In this document: piece after piece, positions 38,912 through 50,651 of the stretch | How the letters are laid out: every line of letters begins with the position of its first letter | How positions within the stretch are numbered: position 1 is the stretch's first letter | Assembly: GCF_902652985.1 (NCBI RefSeq) | Contig: NC_047025.1 | Span: 40,300,001 to 40,364,000, forward strand | Direction of reading: 5' to 3' | Origin: Pecten maximus | Lineage: Eukaryota | DNA: 64,000 nucleotides | The notes under the pieces: generated by a model | What the model was told of the DNA's origin: nothing | The model's input: only the letters and a program-made list of their open reading frames with translations | Database searches by the model: none | Made by a program: the position numbers and the translations under genes

Positions 38912-41900
38912 ATGAGCCAGCAGCAATTTTCACGTTTAAAAGAAGAACAAGAGAAAGCAATACAAGAAACAAACATCAAACTAGAGAAATGGTGATATGC
39001 TTTTCTATGCCGTGTTTCATATTAGATGTCAAAGGGTAAAATTGCCTGAACTGGTTGGCGTTACTCCAACAATGTTAGAGGTTTTACACGGCGAGATACT
39101 TTTGACAGGCGCGTCGCAGTCGGCAAAATAATATCCGATAGAAAAAGAGCCGACCAGTGGCCTCTTATGTTATAGGAGTATGGTTGGCGTCAGAACAAAA
39201 AAAAAAATAATAAAAATAGCCAGACATTTTACTACCTTTAGCTAGCTGAAGTATGGGAGACAATGAGACAGATCAGTTGAAAGATATGCCAGGTGTATTT
39301 AGGGGTTACATATGTATATTAGGCCAACGTATTTCAATAAAATCCTGGAATACATCGTACATTTGTAATAAGCAGCTCGGGTAGCACGGGTTTCCTCTGG
39401 CCCTGACACCATGTCTGGTGTAGGGCCACAACGCACTAGTGACTACTATACGAAAAAGTGGAATTCTCCGACACCGTTTGGTGTTGCTAAGATTTTGGTG
39501 CGAACAGAATAAAATCAAGCGCGACATAACACCTACCTTACATATATGGATAAATCAAAATTTATTTACCCCAAAACGTCCATTTTGTCCCCGATTTGTT
39601 TTCTATTCTGTCAGTGTATCATACACCTACCAACCATAAGTCTCGCTTTTTGTCACATATATCTTTTCTTGCAGAAATGCTTCAATTTGCTACTGTTTTT
39701 ATAGCTATATAGAGCTATCATAGTTCAATACCACTAATAGTGAAATCAGGACTTCTCCCCGGCCTGATAAGAGGAAGAAATGAGACGACCAGACCAGGAT
39801 TCCAACCAGGGACCTCCAAACTCTAAAAGACACACAAGAAATTTACCTACTTGGTGATCTAGTGATACAGGAGTCTATACACCATCAATGCATACATCTA
39901 AGGGAAGAATAATATTTTACATACTGTAAAAGAAAATCTAAACTTTATTTACAGCAATCGCCACACAATTTATATCAATTTATATTAATCACAGTTGGTT
40001 GCAGCTATTTGGAAAGGAGGGAAGAAGATTATATAATCTGATAGATAATCTTCAGTGATATTCCATTTTATAACATTCTTTATTAATGAACTAGGCATGG
40101 TGCAATATAATAAACGAGAACATGTACATGTAATTTCCTTTGTAATATCTGCTATGTGTTGTACCCAGGACCTTGGTTTTACTTGTCTGACACTGTTACA
40201 TTTAAATGAGTAAAAAAGAAATTCTTCTCAGCAAGTTAAATATTTATTCACCATGACGCTGTACATTACAGTTACCACATAACCTGTTATATATATATAT
40301 GGTTACTATTGGTTTACTATTACATATAGAATATATATCTTAAACATAGTGATAAAACACATTTAGCCATGGAAGTTGTTATTATTGCATGATTTGGGCA
40401 GGACTTTTAACATTTTTAACACTGTCTAACACTGCCTGTTATAGCTGTGAAAAAAACCCCAGTAAATTAAGATTGTATATCTTTTGCAGGGAACAATTTA
40501 GATCAGACTATGTTGCATTGAAAACCAGACTTAAAACTCTTCCCGACAAGGTCTCGCATGATGTAATGGTGAGTACAGTTGTAAACTGATACAGTTCTAT
40601 TAGAATGGTCTAGTGATTGAACCAGTATTATTGGGTTTGATTTCCATTTCAGAGACAATTTTATCCCTTCTACCATGTATAATTATCTTTATGATCATCA
40701 GCTGTTGTAGTGTTTCTAGGGTGATTCAGATTTCCGTTTACTGTGAGCGTAAGATGTTAAAATTTTACTTACTCTAAATAAATTGAGAGTTATAACATAT
40801 AGCCAGTACCCATATTCAATATTGATAAGATTTTGTGGTATCACACAAAGTATATGGAGTTCTAGCTGTCATAGTATGTTACAATGCGTGGTTACATTCA
40901 TCTATCTTCAAGTTCCAAATGGGAATTTCTCTTTTCAAAAATGGCAGACATTGACAATTCAATGATGATCGTTTTTCTGTGAAATGGTATGATTTACTCA
41001 ACGCCAAAGGCTGCATGAATTATACAGGTTTTAACTGTTAGTTTAAGGAAATGACTGTCACAGTTGTCAAAATGTTTTCTTCTGAAAAACTGAAAGTATA
41101 CTTTCCTATTAATTGATCCTTAGCATGTAAATATGTGACTTAGCATGTTGACATATAGAGTAATACAAGTTTTGCAAAAAGAACTATAACACAATATTCG
41201 AGGTCACTAACACAAGTATAAATGGTAAAATATTTTCTTCTGAAAAACAAAAAATGACTAACACTATCTTGCCAGAAGAACTTTGCAAAATAAATACCTC
41301 TGAAACAAGTGAGGGTCTTCAGGCTCCTTAGTATGAAAGATATTAGTGATAACAGCAGTGTAAGTCCAGATTTGATTTCATCATCACTTAATGCACCATC
41401 ATATATGAATAAAGCATGTTACACATCTATGTCATTTCAGGTTCCATTTGGTTCGTTGGCGTTCATGCCAGGAAAGTTGGTACATACCAATGAAGTATTA
41501 GTGTTGCTAGGTGATAACTGGTTTGCCGAACGTTCTGCCAAACAGGCAGCTGCTATTGTAGACCGCCGTCTGAAAGGTAGGCACATCATAATATCTATTT
41601 CATAACGTTTGATATCCTGATCCTAGTGTTCAAGGTAGACATATATCTGTCTCTGTTTGATATCCTGGTCCTAGTGTTCAAGGTAGACATATATCTGTCT
41701 CTGTTTGATATCCTAGTGTTAAAGGTAGACATATATCTGTCTCTGTTTGATATCCTAGTGTTAAAGGTAGACATATATCTGTCCCTGTTTGATATCCTAG
41801 TGTTAAAGGTAGACATATATCTGTCCCTGTTTGATATCCTAGTGTTAAAGGTAGACATATATCTGTCTCTGTTTGATATCCTGGTCCTAGTGTTGAAGGT

Positions 41901-44900
41901 AGACATATATCTGTCTCTGTTTGATATCCTAGTGTTAAAGGTAGACATATATCTGTCTCTGTTTGATATCCTAGTGTTAAAGGTAGACATATCTCTGTCT
42001 CTGTTTGATATCCTGGTCCTAGTGTTAAAGGTAGACATATATCTGTCTCTGTTTGATATCCTAGTGTTAAAGGTAGACATATCTCTGTCTCTGTTTGATA
42101 TCCTAGTGTTAAAGGTAGACATATATCTGTCTCTGTTTGATATCCTAGTGTTAAAGGTAGACATATATCTGTCTCTGTTTGATATCCTAGTGTTAAAGGT
42201 AGACATATATCTGTCTCTGTTTGATATCCTAGTGTTAAAGGTAGACATATATCTGTCTCTGTTTGATATCCTAGTGTTAAAGGTAGACATATATCTGTCT
42301 CTGTTTGATATCCTGGTGTTAAAGGTAGACATATATCTGTCTCTGTTTGATATCCTAGTGTTAAAGGTAGACATATATCTGTCTCTGTTTGATATCCTAG
42401 TGTTAAAGGTAGACATATATCTGTCTCTGTTTGATATCCTAGTGTTAAAGGTAGACATATATCTGTCTCTGTTTGATATCCTAGTGTTAAAGGTAGACAT
42501 ATCTCTGTCTCTGTTTGATATCCTAGTGTTAAAGGTAGACATATATCTGTCTCTGTTTGATATCCTGGTCCTAGTGTTAAAGGTAGACATATATCTGTCT
42601 CTGTTTGATATCCTGGTCCTAGTGTTGAAGGTAGACATATATCTGTCTCTGTTTGATATCCTGGTCCTAGTGTTAAAGGTAGACATATATCTGTCTCTGT
42701 TTGATATCCTAGTGTTAAAGGTAGACATATATATGCGTCTCTGTTTGATATCCTAGTGTTAAAGGTAGACATATATCTGTCTCTGTTTGATATCCTAGTG
42801 TTAAAGGTAGACATATCTCTGTCTCTGTTTGATATCCTAGTGTTAAAGGTAGACATATATCTGTCTCTGTTTGATATCCTAGTGTTAAAGGTAGACACAT
42901 ATCTGTCTCTGTTTGATATCCTAGTGTTAAAGGTAGACATATATCTGTCTCTGTTTGATATCCTGGCGTTAAAGGTAGACATATATCTGTCTCTGTTTGA
43001 TTGTCTGATCCTAGTGTTAAAGGTAGACATATATCTGTCCCTGTTTGATATCCTAGTGTTAAAGGTAGACATATATCTGTCTCTGTTTGATATCCTGGCG
43101 TTAAAGGTAGACATATATCTGTCTCTGTTTGATTGTCTGATCCTAGTGTTAAAGGTAGACATATATCTGTCTCTGTTTGATATCCTAGTGTTAAAGGTAG
43201 ACATATATCTGTCTCTGTTTGATTGTCTGATCCTAGTGTTAAGGTTGTAAATGATTTCTTAAACCCTTTGATATGACAATTTATTTTGTATCAGATTTGA
43301 TAGTATGTACTCAATTACAACACATGGCACAGTAATTAATTAGATTAACTTCATCACACATTTTATGTAAATATATGACTTACCTGTATTAATGTTTCAG
43401 ATGTTGAGTCTCAGATAGAAGGACTGAAGGAGCAGAAAAAGATATTGTCACCAAGGCTAGAATTTACATCAGATCTCGCAGAGGTAGTCAAATATTTATT
43501 GATAGATCTAACAAAAAGTGTGATATCAAAGATGTAAGCTACATGTATTTACCTGATTGAATCATTTTACTTCAAACTTAAAGAACATATATTGGCCAGT
43601 GTTTTACAGTTAAGTATGATAGTAACATCCAGTTAACTGTGATATGATGGTCGGGTTCTATTTTACATATATCAAGCTGCCCAGAAGTGCTATCTGTCTA
43701 CAGTAATTTTGTAACAATATTTCTTTGTTGTCCACAGGAACGTGGTGTTGTGGACATTACAGAGGAATATGATGAGGAGAAAGAAAAAGTCTGGAAAGGT
43801 GAGTCCTGAAATGAACTTATAGTCATCGGAGAAACTCTGATTAGGTGAGTCCTGAAGTGAACTTAAAGTCATCGGAGAAACTCGGATTAGGTGAGTCCTG
43901 AACCAAGCTTATAGTCATCGGAGAAACTCGGATTAGGTGAGTCCTGAAGTGAACTTATAGTCATCGGAGAAACTCGGATTAGGTGAGTCCTGAAATGAAC
44001 TTATAGTCATCGGAGAAACTCAGATTAGGTGAGTCCTGAAATGAACTTATAGTCATCGGAGAAACTCGGATTAGGTGAGTCCTGAAGTGAACTTATAGTC
44101 ATCGGAGAAACTCGGATTAGGTGAGTCCTGAACCAAGCTTATAGTCATCGGAGAAACTCGGATTAGGTGAGGCCTGAAGTGAACTTATAGTCATCGGAGA
44201 AACTCTGGAAAAAGTATGCCCTGAGAGAAACTGTGGAAAGGTGAGTCCTGAACCAAGCTTATACAATGTAGTCATCGGAGAAATTGATTACGTGAGTCTT
44301 GAAGCGAGCTTATAGTCATCCGAGAAAATCTGGAAAGGTGAGTCTCGAACCAAGCTTATAGTCATCAAAAAAAATCTGGAAAGATGAGTCCTGAAGCGAG
44401 CTTATTGTCATTGGAGAAACTCCAGCAAGATCTGTCCTGAGAGAAATTCTGGAAAGATGGGTCCTGAAAAAAGTCCTATCATAAGCTTATATTGATCAGA
44501 TAAGGAATGCAAAGGTGATTCCTCAGTGAAACTATTTATTAAGTTTTCGATGGACATTTCTCAAATTTCATTTCTTGTATCCCTTTGTCCTTAGTTGTGC
44601 ATGTTCAATTTTGGGCTTATGCCACGGCGCGGCGTCTGTCTGTCAATATGTCCGATATGGGAAAAAGAGGTTAGTCCTTTAAATCGTAACTAGTCATATA
44701 ATTATGAATGGATTTGAACCAAATTTGGTCCAGAACATCTTTGGGGGAACAGAGTTTGGGAACATGAGCGATGCAGGCCATCTTGGCCTCTTGTTTTGTT
44801 TTTTTTTGACAATTGGGGTACAGATATTAGGCACAATAGTGTAACTTACACTTCAGTTACAGACTTATGTCAATTGTTAGGCACACATGGATACTTAGGA

Positions 44901-47900
44901 ACAGTTGTGTGAAATAAAACTAGAACAATTCTAATTTTAGAACAACACAAGAAAAGGGTCCAGGAAATGAACAAAAAGAAAATATCCAGAAAAGATGGCG
45001 GATCAGAAGACAAGTCACAAGGTCGGGAAAAAGCAATGACTGACGAGCAGCTGTGGGCGAGGCTGGACGAACTTGAGAGGATTGAGAAAGAAGGGAATGA
45101 GTTACTAAAGTAATGTTGATTTAAAGTAATGTTGATTTAAAAGTAAGGTTGATTTAAAGTAATGTTGATTTAAAAGTAAGGTTGATTTAAAGTGATGTTG
45201 ATTTAAAAGTAAGGTTGATTTAAAGTAATGTTAATTTAAAAGTAATGTTGATTTAAAAGTAAGGTTGATTTATAAGTAAGGTTGATTTAAAAGTGATGTT
45301 GATTTAAAAGTAATGTTGATTTAAAAGTAAGGTTGATTTAAAAGTAAGATTGATTTAAAAGTAAGGTTGATTTATAAGTAAGGTTGATTTAAAAGTGATG
45401 TTGATTTAAAAGTAAGGTTAACTTAAAAATAAGGTTGATTTAAAAGTAAGGTTGACTTAAAAGTAATGTTAATTTAAAAGTAATGTTGATTTAAAGTAAT
45501 GTTAATTTAAAGTAATGTTGATTTAAAAGAGATGTTGATTTAAAAGTAAGGTTGATTTAAAAGTAAGGTTGATTTATAAGTAAGGTTGATTTAAAGTGAT
45601 GTTGATTTAAAGTAATGTTGATTTAAAGTAATGTTAATCTAAAAGTAAGGTTGATTTAAAAGTGATGTTGATTTAAAGTAAGGTTGATTTAAAGTCATGT
45701 TGATTTAAAGTAATGTTGATTTAAAAGTAATGTTAATTTAAAAGTAATGTTGATTTAAAGTAATGTTAATTTAAAAGTAAGGTTGATTTAAAAGTAAGGT
45801 TGATTTAAAAGTAAGGTTGATTTAAAAGTGATGTTGATTTAAAAGTAATGTTGATTTAAAAGTAATATTGACTTAAAAGTAAGGTTGATTTAAAGTAATG
45901 TTAATTTAAAAGTAAGGTTGATTTAAAAGTAAGGTCGATTTAAAAGTAAGGTTGAATTAAAAGTAAGGTTGATTTAAAGTCATGTTGATTTAAAGTAAGG
46001 TTGATTTAAAAGTAATGTTGACTTAAAAGTAAGGTTATTTAAAAGTAAGGTTGATTTAAAGTGATGTTGATTTAAAGTAATGTTGATTTAAAGTAATGTT
46101 AATCTAAAAGTAAGGTTGATTTAAAAGTGATGTTGATTTAAAGTAAGGTTGATTTAAAGTAATGTTGATTTAAAGTAATGTTGATTTAAAAGTAATGTTA
46201 ATTTAAAAGTAATGTTGATTTAAAGTAATGTTAATTTAAAAGTAAGGTTGATTTAAAAAGTAAGGTTGATTTAAAAGTGATGTTGATTTAAAAGTAAGGT
46301 TGATTTAAAGTAATGTTAATTTAAAAGTAAGGTTGAATTAAAAGTAAGGTTGATTTAAAGTAATGTTAATTTAAAAGTAAGGTTGATTTAAAAGTAAGGT
46401 CGATTTAAAAGTAAGGTTGAATTAAAAGTAAGGTTGATTTAAAGTCATGTTGATTTAAAGTAAGGTTGATTTAAAAGTAATGTTGACTTAAAAGTAAGGT
46501 TGATTTAAAAGTAAGGTTGATTTAAAGTAATGTTGATTTAAAAGTAAGGTTGATTTAAAGTAATGTTGATTTAATGTAAGGTTGATTTAAAAGTAAGGTT
46601 GATTTAAAGTGATGATGATTTAAAGTAATGTTGATTTAAAGTAATGTTAATTTAAAAGTAAGGTTGATTTAAATTAATGTTAATTTAAAAGTAAGGTTGA
46701 TTTAAAAGTAAGGTTGATTTAAAAGTAAGGTTGATTTAAAAGTGATGTTGATTTAAAAGTAATGTTGATTTAAAAGTAATATTGACTTAAAAGTAAGGTT
46801 GATTTAAAGTAATGTTAATTTAAAAGTAAGGTTGATTTAAAAGTAAGGTCGATTTAAAAGTAAGGTTGAATTAAAAGTAAGGTTGATTTAAAGTCATGTT
46901 GATTTAAAGTAAGGTTGATTTAAAAGTAATGTTGACTTAAAAGTAAGGTTGATTTAAAAGTAAGGTTGATTTAAAGTAATGTTGATTTAAAAGTAAGGTT
47001 GATTTAAAGTAATGTTGATTTAATGTAAGGTTGATTTAAAAGTAAGGTTGATTTAAAGTGATGATGATTTAAAGTAATGTTGATTTAAAGTAATGTTAAT
47101 TTAAAAGTAAGGTTGATTCAAATTAATGTTAATTTAAAAGTAAGGTTGATTTAAAAGTAAGGTTGACTTAAAAGTAAGGTTGATTTAAAGTCATGTTGAT
47201 TTAAAGTAAGGTTGATTTAAAAGTAATGTTGACTTAAAAGTAATGTTGATTTAAAAGTAAGGTTGACTTAAAAGTAAGGTTGATTTAAAGTCATGTTGAT
47301 TTAAAGTAAGGTTGATTTATAAGTAATGTTGACTTAAAAGTAAGGTTGATTTAAAAGTAAGGTTGATTTAAAGTGATGTTGATTTAAAGTAATGTTGATT
47401 TAAAGTAATGTTAATTTAAAAGTAAGGTTGATTTATAAGTAATGTTGAATTTAAAAGTAATGTTGATTTAAAGTAATGTTGATTTATAACCACTCCTAAC
47501 CATTTAACCACAGGATTTGAATGACTATTGTATTGCAGTCTCATTGTGACATTGTTACTTACAGGCATGATAGATGTGTTAAAACTCTCAGTCTGTAGTT
47601 AAATTGTGTAACATAGGTTTTTTTCTGACACATGTTGCTAGCAGTCTTGATAGCTCTGTCATACACTCTTAAGATATATTTTATTGAATGGATTCTCTTT
47701 TTTAGGTTGGATATGGAAGATGAGATCAAACTCTCTCTACCTCCCCAAAGTGATGAAGATGAAGAAGAATTTGAGGAAGATGAGGAAGATGAGGATGATG
47801 AGAGTTTGTTATCAGAGGGCAGTGAACTTGAGGATTCTTCACGGATAACCTTCACACACACCAAGGTCATAACTCTAGGAGTGCTTGTTTGTTTGTTTGT

Positions 47901-50298
47901 TTATGTTTTAACGGCCCATCGACAACTAGGGTCATTTAGGGCCAAACAATATACTATCATTTTTTATTTTGAACGTTAAAATCAGATAAAAATTGTCATT
48001 TTTAAAAGCATTCGTATTGTATATTTAGATCATTATGATAAAAAAGTTGGTTAAAAATGGTAAAATATATATATGTACGAATAGATTATGTGAACTTTGT
48101 GATATAAATAGAACGTCAAAGAGAGTAATGTAAAAGACATCAAAGTCTATAAAATAGATCGATTTCTTTCAAGTAGCTAAATATTGTTTTCGAATCCACG
48201 GAACTGAAAAGGGTTTTCATATCCGGGACTCGAAAGTATTTATCATGAATGTGCTTGAAATCGGAACATTCTATTAAAAAATGCTCCACTGTGAATTGAG
48301 CATCACATGCATAACACACCGGTGGATCCTCTCGTTTCAAAAGGAACGAATGAGTAGGATATGTGTGCCCGGTACGGAGCCGAGAGAGGACTATTTCCTC
48401 TCTACGATCCTTCCGACTCGAGGAGTGCTTAAAAAATTAATTTTAGTCTAAAGAGTGATGGCTAACCCTAACTTTTCATCTCATGATTAGGATAAATTTG
48501 ATCCTGACTGCTTTTAAAGTGCAGCACCATTTAGTGATGATTTGAACATAATACATGTACATTTGTCTACTATTTTGTTTCTATACAAGAGTTATTGCCC
48601 TTTATATACAAAATGGATTCAACCCTTAGTTTGATACATCTTACCTGTACCACCATAAACCAATACTTCTAAAGCTGCCTTCTTTTGAAGAAATTTGGTG
48701 TGTGATGTAACTCACACTCATAACATCAACTCTATTTTGTACTTCATTGAATGAATGTCACTTACTAACATTAACTAATTACTGCATTACTCCATTCTTA
48801 ATTAACATCAACTAATTACTGCATTACTCCATTCTTAATTAACATCAACTAATTACAGCATTACTCCATTCTTAATTAACATCAACTAATTACTGCATTA
48901 CTCCATTCTTAATTAACATTAACTAATTACTGCATTACTCCATTCTTAATTAACATCAACTAATTACTGCATTACTCCATTCTTAATTAACATCAAGTAA
49001 TTACTGCATTACTCCATTCTTAATTAACATCAACTAATTACTGCATTACTCCATTCTTAATTAACATTAACTTATTACTGCATTACTCCATTCTTATTGT
49101 TTACAAACACTTTATAATGGTAGCTTATTAACAAAATATTGTTTATCATCTTTGATATTTAGGTGGATGACACAGAAGAAAAAGAAAACTCTGGTAAAAT
49201 TGAAAGCCCAAGAGACATTTACCGACAGTTCTGTGAAGTAAAACCAAAATCTATAATGAAATCAAATACAGATAATGAAGGGCAGAAAGCAAAGGTGAAG
49301 AAAAAAGTAAAAATGAAAGAAAATGTCTCAGCTGAAGAGAACAGAAAAAAGCGAGGAATCGGCCAAGGTCCTTTGGTGAGTTTATAAAGGTCAAGGTCCT
49401 TTGGTGAGTTTATAAAGGTCAAGGTCCTTTGGTGAGTTTATAAAGGTCAAGGTCCTTTGGGGAGTTTATAAAGGTCAAGGTCATTTGGTGAGTTTATAAA
49501 GGTCAAGGTCATTTGGTGAGTTTATAAAGGTCAAGGTCCTTTGGTGAGTTTATAAAGGTCAAGGTCATTTGGTGAGTTTATAAATGTCAAGGTCCTTTGG
49601 TCCTTTGGTGAGTTTATAAAGGCCAATGTCCTTTGGTGAGTTTATAAAGGTCAATGTCATTTGGTGAGTTTATAAAGGTCAAGGTCATTTGGTGAGTTTA
49701 TAAAGGTGAAGGTCATTTGGTGAGTTTATAAAGGTCAAGGACCTTTGGCAAGTTTATGAAGGTGCTTAATTGGATTTGTAGATGTTTTGTGAGTTTGAAA
49801 CAACAAAGTTGTTGGTAATGGTCATTGTAGCATCTGTGTATTGGTCATAATTTTGTACATTAGATAGCTGAGTATCTTTGTCAGGCAGTGATTTGAGAGT
49901 GGAGTTATTATTGGGGTTGAATACTGAATACTAATATAAATAGGTACATGTACATTTCTAGGTCAGATAGTCTCTATGGTGCTGTTGACTCTACTTATAT
50001 CTCATTAGTGTATGACTTGTTCATATTTTAGACTGATGTTTTTCTTTTCTTTCAGGCATTTTCTGGTACAGTCATTGAGAAGAATCAAGATTCTTTAATA
50101 AAAACATTTGAGGACAGAAATTCTGATGAAACTGTCAAAACTGGAGAAATAAACAGCATGAGTAATTTAACCAGGCACCATACAGACCGAGCAGAAACAA
50201 GTGTAAAACAGACAGGAGGGAGTGTGAAGGACAGTACACAGCCGAGACGTGTGTCTAAGTTTAAGGCAGGGAGACAGCGTAACACGGATCCTTCATAA
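38912..50298 (+). CDS. URI1: Unconventional prefoldin RPB5 interactor 1, 407 aa, 9 exons
   Basis: Exons 38912-38991, 40490-40568, 41441-41576, 43401-43483, 43738-43798, 44941-45109, 47706-47865, 49163-49375, 50056-50298; total 1224 nt. Prefoldin segment VMVPFGSLAFMPGKLVHTNEVLVLLGDNWFAERSAKQA, LWARLDELE, acidic tract, KPKSIMK, AFSGTVIEK, C-terminal RVSKFKAGR. Confidence 0.95.
41570..43243 (+). repeat. 42-bp (48-bp variant) minisatellite, ~38 copies, following the URI1 exon 3 donor
   Basis: agtgttaaag|GTAGACatatatctgtctctgtttgatatcct versus authentic tgaaag|GTAGGCacatcataatatct. Confidence 0.93.
43790..44470 (+). repeat. 46-bp repeat (9 regular copies plus degenerate ones) starting at the URI1 exon 5 donor
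   Basis: GTGAGTcctgaagtgaacttatagtcatcggagaaactcggattAG at 46-nt spacing from 43799. Confidence 0.93.
44480..44795 (+). mobile_element. HINE-like fragment
   Basis: gggcttatgccacggcgcggcgtctgtctgtc and 3' end atgagcgatgcaggccatcttggcctcttgtt. Confidence 0.55.
45107..47490 (+). repeat. 16/17-bp minisatellite, ~145 copies, starting at the URI1 exon 6 donor
   Basis: aaa|GTAATGttgattt and aaaa|GTAAGGttgattt. Confidence 0.95.
47887..48420 (-). mobile_element. 5'-truncated I/Nimb-group LINE with 10-bp TSD
   Basis: RREEIVLSRLRTGHTYPTHSFLLKREDPPVCYACDAQFTVEHFLIEC (C-terminal CCHC knuckle); (AAAC)n tail; TSD aggagtgctt at 47877-47886 and 48421-48430. Confidence 0.88.
48762..49097 (+). repeat. 37-bp minisatellite, ~9 copies, just upstream of the URI1 exon 8 acceptor
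   Basis: taacatcaactaattactgcattactccattcttaat. Confidence 0.92.
49364..49765 (+). repeat. 28-bp repeat, ~14 copies, reiterating the URI1 exon 8 donor junction
   Basis: caaggtcctttg|GTGAGTttataaaggt (12 exonic plus 16 intronic nt). Confidence 0.95.
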
Positions 50299-50651
50299 CA
50301 GACAACTGATAAAACTCCTCTACTTTTATACCTGTGCTGGTTTTAGTTTCTCTCTATGCAGAATTTTAATACAATTATGTATTTCGTATTTTTGTCTGTT
50401 ACTTGAAATTATTTTATGTTGACATTGAAACATATTTTGTGTTGTACAGTATGAAGATTTGTGTGTATCAACACTTCAGAAACATTGTTTCATGCCCTGT
50501 GCCCAAAAACAGCATTTGCGGAGTACTTCTGAAGGGTACTTCTTGAAATGTATTTCATTGCTATTTACAACGACACATTTTACCAATGCACCACAAACCA
50601 GTTCTCTTTAGAATAAACTGGGATGTATAAGGTAGCTATTTGGAGTTGTCA

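Noticed and set aside
41595-43250. ORFs of 376-508 aa on both strands
   Set aside because: Stop-free 42-bp repeat inside URI1 intron 3; read-through from exon 3 stops at 41605.
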